A DNA stretch of 30,006 nucleotides, from contig CAZPWM010000025.1 in assembly GCA_964590575.1 (NCBI GenBank), positions 7,670 through 37,675 on the forward strand, written 5' to 3'. Source of the DNA: an uncultured archaeon. Its GTDB lineage: Archaea > Asgardarchaeota > Thorarchaeia > Thorarchaeales > Thorarchaeaceae. The translations under genes were made by a program, and so were the position numbers. The stretch's first letter is position 1. Every line of letters begins with the position of its first letter. This document shows, one piece after another, positions 1 to 9,500 of the stretch. Below the pieces are notes generated by a model. The model saw nothing but the letters and a program-made list of their open reading frames with translations. It did not search any database and was not told where the DNA came from.

Positions 1-415
1 AGGTGATGAAGAACCTCTTGACTGTAGACCTGCTGACATGTTAGAACCTGAATTGCCTGCTGCCCGTGAGGCGCTGAAAGACATTCCACATGTTCCTAGA
101 GACCTCGTTTCATACGCACTCTATCCTCAATATGCCTTAGACTTTCTGAAGCGTAAGGCTCAGCGAATGAGTCGTGGTACAATGACCTCCGAACTTGAAG
201 TGGCACTTGCTGCAGCAGTTCTCCATATGAACGGTGCAGGACCTGGAGCAATAACTGCTACCTCTGGTCGCGCCCAAACCTGGAGTGACGTTGGCAGGTC
301 CGATCTTGTTGATGGGCGAACCGTCCAATACAGTCCTGGACAATGGGAACAGTCATCTTCTGCCTGGTCATCAGCGGGTCGTAAGGACATCATGCGTGGA
401 AGAAGCAGGGGGTAA
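1..415 (+). CDS. 3' end of pyruvate/oxaloacetate carboxyltransferase (PycB/OadA/transcarboxylase 5S-like) with extra C-terminal tail; partial at window edge
   Basis: Frame open from base 2: GDEEPLDCRPADMLEPEL...LVSYALYPQYALDFL matches the conserved 'RPADxLEPE...YALFPQ' end of the carboxylase domain; a BCCP gene follows immediately. Confidence 0.75.
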   Translation, partial: GDEEPLDCRPADMLEPELPAAREALKDIPHVPRDLVSYALYPQYALDFLKRKAQRMSRGTMTSELEVALAAAVLHMNGAGPGAITATSGRAQTWSDVGRSDLVDGRTVQYSPGQWEQSSSAWSSAGRKDIMRGRSRG

Positions 416-419
416 TGTC

Positions 420-941
420 ATGAGTCCAGAGTACAAGATCACAACGGATGAAAGACCGTTTGAAGTTGATGTCGAGATGTTGGATGAAGGTGGACTGCTA
501 GTTATCAGCGTGGGTGACCAGAGCTTTACAATGAAACCAACACTCGATGAGGACGGTAATTGGGTAGTTAATGATACTGCAGTAGATTATTCTGTTAAGA
601 TTCTGAAAAAGGCAGGAAGGTCTGTAACTCTGGAGATAAATGGTGAGGAACGCGTTTTTGAATGGGAGCGGGTAAGAAAAAAGGAAACAGTGAGGAGTAC
701 TGCTGGAGCAAAGAGCGGTCCTAAGGTGAGTGGTGGCATCTATCCGCCAATGCCTGGTAAGATCACTGAGCTCAAGGTTAAAGTTGGCGACTCTGTCAAA
801 CAAGGAGCTACTGTGTGCATACTCGAAGCAATGAAGATGTTCAATGAACTGAAGTCTGGTTCTTCAGGAACCGTGAAGCAGGTCAATGTCGAGGTTGGCT
901 CGATGGTGACCCCCGATGATTTACTTGTGCTCATCGAGTGA
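420..941 (+). CDS. Biotin carboxyl carrier protein (biotinyl domain with N-terminal beta domain)
   Basis: PMPGKI...ILEAMKMFNE biotinylation motif; ATG at 420, four bases after the previous stop, preferred over the ORF-track start at 285. Confidence 0.9.
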   Translation: MSPEYKITTDERPFEVDVEMLDEGGLLVISVGDQSFTMKPTLDEDGNWVVNDTAVDYSVKILKKAGRSVTLEINGEERVFEWERVRKKETVRSTAGAKSGPKVSGGIYPPMPGKITELKVKVGDSVKQGATVCILEAMKMFNELKSGSSGTVKQVNVEVGSMVTPDDLLVLIE

Positions 942-944
942 GGT

Positions 945-2120
945 ATGAACATCATGGAGCCAGTGAATATCATTGGTGCTGGAATGACTCCCTTTGGTAT
1001 TCTGAACGATTCGTTAGTTCAACTGGCTGAAATAGCCTCATTCAAGGCCATGAGTGACTCACAGACCTTAGATTTGAAATTTGACCATCTTGTTGTGGGG
1101 TCACAGAATCCTGATGAGTTCGTCAACAAGGGTCATCTATCCACACTACTAGCCGATAGCTTGGGGATTGTTCCTGCAGGAGCAACCCGGGTGGAAACCG
1201 GTCCTTCCTCGGGCTCAAGCGCGTTCGAAACTGCATTCACAATGATTGCTTCTGGATATTCTGACCTTGTTCTTGTGATTGGTGTAGAGAAGATGTCTGA
1301 GGTGGACCGTGGAACCGCATCGAAGATTCTTGCCAAGATGATGTCATATGAGAATGAGACCCGCTATGGTGCTACACCCACAGCCTTGGCGGCCATGGTC
1401 GCACGTCGCTACATGCACGACTATGGACTCAAACGGGATGAACTCTCTTTACTACCAGTGAAAGCACATCGAAATGGTGCAAAGAATCCGCTGGCTCATT
1501 TCCAAAAGGAAGTCACTATGGAACAGGTCCGCAATGCAAGAGTTATAGCAGATCCGCTCACATTATTCGATTGTTGCCCTACTAGTGATGGTGCAGCTGC
1601 TTTGGCCTTAGCATCTGACAGAATAGTGAGAGACCTTGGTGTTTCGGATCAATCTGTTCGTGTTCTAGGAGTGGGTCATGGAACAGACTATCATGCTATT
1701 CAACATAGACTGTCACTGACATCTTTTGGGGCAACAATAGCTGCTGCTGACGGAGCCTTCTCTATGGCGAAGATCGATCCTACGGATATTGACGTGTGTG
1801 AGCTACACGACGCGTTTTCGATTCTAGAATTAGTGAATATGGAAGATGTCGGACTTGCAAATCGTGGTCAAGCAATTGAAATGGTGAAAGATGGAGCCAC
1901 TAATGTGGATGGTCAAATCCCAGTTAATACAACTGGAGGTCTCAAAGCTCGAGGGCATCCTACAGGAGGAACCGGGGTAGCTCAAATCCATGACATCTAC
2001 TGCCAGCTTTTACAAAAGGCACCAAAGGCTTTGCAGGTGAGTTCTCCAACCATTGGACTTACGCAAAACATAGGTGGTTTTGGCAACAATATGGTGGTTG
2101 GGATTTTCTCTGCTCCATGA
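945..2120 (+). CDS. Archaeal SCP2-type thiolase-family protein; nucleophilic Cys apparently replaced
   Basis: IIGAGMTPFG, GVEKM, NPLAHFQ, DCCPTSDGAAA, ELHDAF, GGLKARGHPTGGTG motifs; VETGPSSG where VExACASG is expected. Confidence 0.9.
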   Translation: MNIMEPVNIIGAGMTPFGILNDSLVQLAEIASFKAMSDSQTLDLKFDHLVVGSQNPDEFVNKGHLSTLLADSLGIVPAGATRVETGPSSGSSAFETAFTMIASGYSDLVLVIGVEKMSEVDRGTASKILAKMMSYENETRYGATPTALAAMVARRYMHDYGLKRDELSLLPVKAHRNGAKNPLAHFQKEVTMEQVRNARVIADPLTLFDCCPTSDGAAALALASDRIVRDLGVSDQSVRVLGVGHGTDYHAIQHRLSLTSFGATIAAADGAFSMAKIDPTDIDVCELHDAFSILELVNMEDVGLANRGQAIEMVKDGATNVDGQIPVNTTGGLKARGHPTGGTGVAQIHDIYCQLLQKAPKALQVSSPTIGLTQNIGGFGNNMVVGIFSAP

Positions 2121-2141
2121 GTTCTCTAGAAAGTATCCTAG

Positions 2142-2158
2142 ATTGTTCTTTGAACAAT
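2142..2158. promoter_or_regulatory. Perfect inverted repeat ATTGTTC-TTT-GAACAAT, possible operator or terminator hairpin
   Basis: 7 bp arms with a 3 nt spacer in the intergenic gap upstream of the 8-gene operon. Confidence 0.35.
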
Positions 2159-2376
2159 GCATGCGCGATTTTCTTATTAATCTCGGCCAGTTTTTTCTAT
2201 TTACATCAGGAATGAATAGATGATATCGGTCGCAGTAATTTCCAATGACGCTGAAAGGAACCAAGTATTGGATATGATGCAATATATCATCCCTCCTGTA
2301 TTGGGGAAGATTGAGCTCAGATCTATCTTCTCCATTATGGAAATTCACGTCTGATATTTCCGGAGACGAAAACGAA

Positions 2377-3543
2377 ATGCCCGAAGGTCTTGCTGTTCTA
2401 AAATGGGATGATGAGCTTGGACCAGTAGTTACTTCCAAAACACCAAAGAACCTCCAAATTGGATTAGACCCAACTACATCAATGAGGGTCTATGGAATAG
2501 CCACACTTGGTGAAACTGAGGAGTCTCAAAAACCTGGATTCAGCTCTTTAGCATTCAATGATTTCAAACTCGCTGTATATTATGGCGGACTCAATATGCA
2601 TTTGAAAGGTCTACCCTCAATGGTGTTCTTAGTACTCCAATCTGAGGAAGATCCTGATGTTTACAAGGATGCACTTCCAGAGATGGCAACTCAGATTTTT
2701 CTTAATGCAGAGGATGAAGAATACAAGAAGATGGTACCGCGGCTCTACAAACAAATCTCTCGATACACTCAGATGACTGCTGAGCAAAGGCAAGCATCTA
2801 TTCTCAACGATCCAGTGAGAAGAGCCATCATGCAGACGCTAATGAAGAATGGTACTGTCTTATCCACTGACCTTGAACAACTCATCTTTGAAGAAGTTGG
2901 TAAGAAGATTGATGTAGACATAGTCCTGAGACCCCTTGTCAAAATGGGCCTTATCGCTACAGGCTGGGTAGAGGGACTTTCTTCAGAGGTCATCTATCTG
3001 ACACGGGCACTCTTTATACTACGAACAATATCTCAAGATGCCATCAGATCAGTCAGAAAGGGCAAACTACCCACAGATGTTGCTGAAAGTTATCTTCAAA
3101 CATCTAGGAGATATCATCGTGACTATTTAGCTCGGTTGAGGAAAGACCTCTTCGAAACTATATGGACCGAGGCTGAAGAACTATCCAAGTATATGCTTGA
3201 CTTTGAGGCATATGACCTGATTCAAGTCCTAAGAGGTGGTCCACAAGATGCAGACCATCTTCCTGCATTGGTCGACCTCACAGCGGCTAAGCTCAGGAAA
3301 CAGCTTACAACGTTGGAGCAAGCGAATATTGTTACCAGAATCAATGATGAAGACGGGCGTCAATATGTGATTCTAAAATGTAATCCTGAGGTCATGACAG
3401 TTTATCCGGAATGGTTGATTCAAAGAACCGTTGACCTGTACAATGACGAAGAGATTGTCAGTCGACAAGCAATGCACTTTCTTGAGGTCTTAAAGAAGGC
3501 GCATCCAAGTCGCGCTTCTGGTGTTGCAATGGAGGTTAAATAA
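2377..3543 (+). CDS. Longin/uDENN-like N-terminal domain plus two winged-helix-like domains (Asgard-type hypothetical protein)
   Basis: ATG 2377 preceded by GGAGA; N-terminus GLAVLKWDDELGPVV resembles the uDENN/longin 'hhhxxFDxxxGP' start; two wHTH-like segments (RRAIMQTLMKNG...LRPLVKMGLI and LIQVLRGGP...LTTLEQANIV). Confidence 0.6.
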   Translation: MPEGLAVLKWDDELGPVVTSKTPKNLQIGLDPTTSMRVYGIATLGETEESQKPGFSSLAFNDFKLAVYYGGLNMHLKGLPSMVFLVLQSEEDPDVYKDALPEMATQIFLNAEDEEYKKMVPRLYKQISRYTQMTAEQRQASILNDPVRRAIMQTLMKNGTVLSTDLEQLIFEEVGKKIDVDIVLRPLVKMGLIATGWVEGLSSEVIYLTRALFILRTISQDAIRSVRKGKLPTDVAESYLQTSRRYHRDYLARLRKDLFETIWTEAEELSKYMLDFEAYDLIQVLRGGPQDADHLPALVDLTAAKLRKQLTTLEQANIVTRINDEDGRQYVILKCNPEVMTVYPEWLIQRTVDLYNDEEIVSRQAMHFLEVLKKAHPSRASGVAMEVK

Positions 3544-3544
3544 A

Positions 3545-6500
3545 ATGGATCAGAGATATCGACTCCTTCTACTAGTGGGATTCCTCACATTGTTCCTATT
3601 ACCTATAGGTAGTACCAGTCCCACCAAAATGACTACTGATACTCTCCTCACACTCAATGATGGTGCAATCACCTCCGGTTATCAGGATGAGGCTTCCTGG
3701 TGGAATTCCACCTTTATCTACCGACGATATTTCAACTTCACAGAACCAAATGTGAGTGACAGGACCAATGTCCCAATTCATGTCTACCTCACGTTCGATG
3801 AGCAACATTGTTATCGCGATTCCATTCGTGTTATGGAGTTTCAGGACCCGGGTTGGAGCGCTAAGGAATTTCAAGTCTGGAATATTACCTACTATTCTGG
3901 GAACGACTTCGTAAAATCAGCGCGGGTATCCTTCATGATAGATGTCAACCAAGACACTACTGAGGACTGCATTTACATTTACTACGCCAAACAGGATGTA
4001 GGAGTAGTGAGTTATCCAAGCTTCTATCCGTTCATCTACAAAAGCTATACTTTCTCATTGATTAACTTAGTTTCGTACTATGATGATAACAACTACTACC
4101 TCGAGATGTTTGATGATCCTCTCTACGGGGGCGATGGCACCTGGAAAGATCCAAACTTTGTGAATAATGGTGTGGACACTCGCTGGAAGAACTCGCAAGT
4201 GACACCAGACAGCACTCCAAGTGGTACACTTGACAAGTTTGACAATGTTCGGTATGAACCAACAACATCATCCTATAGCGACTTCTTTGGATACTACACT
4301 GTCTATTCTAATTATCCTCTTGCAGTGTCAATGGGTCATGGTGATAAGGGCTCCAATAATGCAATCAACGACTGGTTTCCTGGTGTTGATGAGTATGGTG
4401 AAGGTCTTGGAACTAAATTCATTCTTGGTGGTGTTGAAGGATTCGAAAGCTATAACGAAGGTAAGTACTGGGTACAAGCACATGAGGACAATACTCAGGT
4501 CTATGTATGGACTGCTGGAGATACTCTAGACTCTGGTTGGAGCTTCTATAATGGGACTTCTGTTTCCTTATGGCCAGCTGTCCTCAAGGCTGGAGAATAC
4601 ATCGCAAAACGAGATGTTGTCTATACAACCTACGTGATGGTAAACTCCACTAAACCCGTTTCAGTTCGAGCTGGTGACTCTGACGCAAGATACTCTCGTG
4701 ATATTGGAGGTTTCTTCACATCAGTTACGGGTGATCTTGTTGGCGAAGAGTTCTATACAATTGATATGGGTAACAGCAACGACAGAACTCGTATCACAAA
4801 CATTGGTGTTGCTCCGGTCACAGTCGAGTGGTGGAGAAACACAGGCTCTGGTTGGGTCAAAGGTGTAAATCTCACCAACATTCCCGTAAACAGCTCTGCT
4901 ACTATTTCACAAGGAACATCTAGTGCTTCAAATCCGGAAGATATTCTGAGAATTAGAGCACCTGCTGGTTCAAGGATTTTTGTTGAAGGAGTTTATAATC
5001 CTCCGAATGTCGTGGATTATGGTGATTGGAATCCAACAATGACTGGTAAACGGTTCGGTCTTGATTACAGAATCTGGGGAGGAAGAGGTCAGAAGATATT
5101 CGTCTTTGCATGGGAGAATGCAAAAATAGACATTTCAAGTTATAGTGGCACTTCTTCTCTGGAATTACCAGCTGGTGACGCGGGTTTCTACATGCCCGTG
5201 TCTGCAAGTCAGTCACTTCACGACCTACACTCAAATGCAACAATTAGTGTAGTCGTCTGTGGTTCATTTTCAACTTCAACACCCAATTATCCAAGTGGAG
5301 ACCAAGGATATGGATGGATGGTTCCATCTTATACTCCCGAGGGCGATGAAGCTGGTGTTATTATTTTTGCTAGCGACGAGGTCAAGCTCTTCGAATTTGA
5401 TGTCACTATTGTTGACCTTGATGGATTTCCAGTTGAGGGAGCATTTGTCGAGCTTCTAAATACCGATGATAGTCCCTGGCTAGATGACAATGGTCTTGGC
5501 AGATCTGGTTTGACCAATGTTGATGGACTAATAATCTTCGAGGGTCTCAGTAATCAAACCTTCAGAATTTCTACATCAATTGACGCGGCTACGTGGCTAA
5601 GCACATCATACTCGAATGTCTGGGTAAATGACACAAGCGATAATGGTGTAACAGATTCAGTTACCTACATTGAGATTACCCTCAGCATGGCGAACGTTGA
5701 TCTCTATTTCGAAGACTTGATGCATAATCCGATGGCAGACAATGACAATGAGGATACAACGGTCCGCTTAGTTGAAATGACTGGAGATCCTGCAGACTAT
5801 GTTGCTCAAGCACAGACCAATGCTACTGGAACAGCTCATTTCTATAGAGTACCAAGAAATAATTACGATGTATATGCTCGATATGCAGGTTCGCTAGGGT
5901 GGTCCTACGGATACGACGACATCTCTAACTTCGCAAGATGGTACATTGGCATAACAGAGTTCGACACAGGCAGTTTCAACCACAATTGGGACTTTCCACT
6001 AATTACTCTAGATATTCATGTTGTATCTTGGGATGTGCTTGATGTTGTTGGAGCTTCGATTAAGATAAACAACTCAGTTGACGAGAACGCATATCAAATT
6101 ACTAAGGCGAGTGATGTTTCAGGTGATTATACCTTCTATAGGATTGTTAACGGTACATGGAACCTTGATGTTTGGAAAGCTGATGATTACGCAAACACCC
6201 CTCTAGCTAGGAATTACACAGTTTCACTCAGTGACTTGCAGAGTTATACCTCTGAAATAATTCAACTTCCATTATCGCGCCTTGTTCTACGAGTTCAAAC
6301 TCCTGGATTGGCTAACGTTGAAGGAGCTCAAGTCAATGTCACTCTAAGAGGTGTGGGGTTGGTTGCGCAAGGTACAACAAACAGCACAGGTCATGTAACA
6401 TTTCTGAATATCCACGCAAATCTCTCATACCCATACTCTGTTTCGTACAACGTGACGGTCGTGAAGGGTACTGAACAGAATGGTACGTTCATTGAATTAC

Positions 6501-9500
6501 TTGTGAAATGTGACTTTGATTGGACGTATATCAACAGAATCACAATCACTGAACCCCTCTATAGTGCCGCATACACCGAGCTCAATTCCACTAAATACTT
6601 CATGAATGCTAAATGGGGTCAAAATGCCACCTTCTCTGTGGGTTGGTTCGACCGAACAGGACCCACAACATCTGTAATCACATTTGATTCAACATCATGG
6701 CTAAACTTCACCATCTATCTTGATGGTGCACCTATTGGTTGGGGTAGCTGGACCCAATCTGCTTCTACATGGATCGATGATCCTGTTGGAATATACTTCC
6801 TTGTAACCATCGACACTGATTTCTGGAACTTGGGTATCTCATCCACTGCGTATGTAATAGTAATTGAGGCTGATACCAGTCTGAAGGATGCTCCTGCACC
6901 TATAACTATCTACCTAACAGTTCAAGCAGCGTCAACTTCACAAGGCATCGGAACAGCTAACATTGTCGAATACTATGGCACGCAAGAAGAACATCTCTAT
7001 TGGCTCCACGATACTACAAATGGTTTGAATGTGTCCAATCTTGATGTTTATACTTACTCTGTCAAATATGGTACTCAAGTACTCAAAAGTGGTCTTCTCT
7101 CAAACAATGGCAATGGTACCTACAGTTTGCCAGTCGCAGCTCTAAGTGGTATCAATGTAGGAAACTACTTGGTGTACATTACTCTGCAAAAGGCTAACTA
7201 TATCAATCAGTCCTTCGCGATTGATGCTACACTCAATAACCTCCCATCAGTTGTGGTAATCACTCCAAATCCTGGTTACGAGTGGTCTTTGAGTGCAGAT
7301 GGTATTGTATTCCAATATCAGATTGCATGGAACTCCACTCCGACTGATTTAACCAGTGTCAGTGTAAAGATAGAGTGGGTAACATACCCTGGTGGTGTGT
7401 CGTATCTCAATGTCACTCGGATTCTGAGTGCCAGTGGTGGAGACCTGACGTATGATTTTTACCGCAATCTCGTCCCTGTAGGTAACTGGACAGTCCGAAT
7501 TACCTGCAGCCACGCTAACTATGGTATTGGTGTGGGAACTTTTAGCTTCCTAGATGTATCTGAGGCGACAACCAACCTGACTGTGATACCTCCTTCTGCT
7601 CTGACAGTTGATTGGACTGAACCCGCAATATTCTTTGTTGACTACTTCAGAGGTGGCACTGGACTTGTGGGTGCCCAGGTAACCACAGACTATCCCGGTA
7701 CCGTTGTTGTTAATTATCAAGGGAATGGTAGATATTCAATCGCATTTGATACCGCAATTCCCGCTGATGTCTATATCATCTCAGTAGGCTTCTCACTAGC
7801 TAATCATGAATCTCAAGAAGACACTGTAACAGTCACGATTAGAACTCCAATCACAATCGAAACAGACTTCGGATCTGAAGAAACTCCGTTAATTGCTTAT
7901 TGGACGCGAACCTTCGATATTGTCGTCAGATTGATGGATTCATCACGAGTTGACACAAACATTACTGGTGCAATGATTACCTATGATTGGGACCTACCGG
8001 TCTTCATTGCCTCAGGGAGTCTCACTGAGGTGCCCGGAATGCCTGGACTATATGGTATTACCCTTCTGGGAAGTCAAGCCAGTCCATTGATTAATGAGTA
8101 TCAAATCACACTTATTGCAACAAAAGGTACCTCATCAGCTACAGCAACTATTTTTCTAGTGATTCAGGATGTGCCTAATGAGATAATTCTCTCACACAAA
8201 CTCTTCAGAACTTACTTTGGAGACATCGCTACAGTCTGGTTCTATTGGAACAATACGCTTGACAATGCACCTATTATCCTTCCAAGCTCCGTCATTTTTC
8301 AGATCATACCGCTTGGTACAGGTATTAGTGGAGTTACCAACTATGGAAATGGCTCTTACAGTTTCGTTGTGGATACTCTATACCTTGGAATGAATGTTGA
8401 TGACTTTGATGGATTCTATCCAGTGTCAATCACAATGCTAGCTGATGGCTTTGCAACTGGTACTGAAGAGGTCTACTTCTTAATGAGCGAAAGTCCAACC
8501 AATTTGGACTTGGTTGGTCCTGTTGAAGCGGAATGGTCTGAGGATATGACTGTCAAAGTCAATCTACGTGACACATTACATGATGTGTTGGTATGGGATG
8601 GTGCTACTGTGGAACTTGTTTATGGTACCTATATCGTTCCTATGTTTTCATATGGAAACGGAACATTCTGGGTAACCTTTGATTCTGCAGCGTATTTCTC
8701 TGCAAGTGAAACTCCATACGATGTAACAGTTAGGTATTCCATTCCTAACTATGTTGATGGTGATATTGCGATTGAGGTTCAAGTTAACCCCGTTCTCTGT
8801 GAGATCCATATCATTACCGGTCATCTCCAAGATAATGTCTATAATGGTACATGGACTGATTCTGTGGAGGTCCAGTTCTGGGTGTTATATGCTGGAGAAG
8901 TAACCCATCCACCTGAAGGAATTGGAACCTACTCTTGGGTAGGTTATCCATCTGTAGGTGGTACTTTCAACTTCGCTAGTCTAATCTATACACTTTCAAT
9001 AGATACCACTGAGGTGCCTGCAGGTATAAGGACACTAAGATTGTTCATGACTCTTCAAAACCATACTGTGACACCATATGATATTACATTTGTATTGGAT
9101 CCTCTGACTGCTGATTTGGACACCGAAACAACAGACCTGGAAGTTGTATATGATTCCACTGACAGTATTTCACTCACTTTCGATTTGACCTATGGTGGAT
9201 CTCCATTGACTGGTGCAACAATCAGTTTTGAACTGGGAGGCATAACCTTCCAGCACTCTTCAACACCCGCACCTGGTCAGTATAATTTCGCTATCACACC
9301 TACCCTTGTTTCTGGTCTCATTGCTCCAGAAACTTACCTGTTGAACTTCACGGTGACTCTGCAGAACTACACAACCACCATGACACAGATACCTTTGATC
9401 TTGTTAGCGCCAACAACTCTGACATTTGATGATGAGATTACAATAGAGTATGGTAGTATAATCACCGTATACTTTGCATACTGGGACACGCTCAATAACC

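Noticed and set aside
285-419. ORF-track N-terminal extensions (also 2311, 3521, 18103, 21461)
   Set aside because: They overlap neighbouring genes or lack an RBS; downstream starts fit operon spacing and domain boundaries better
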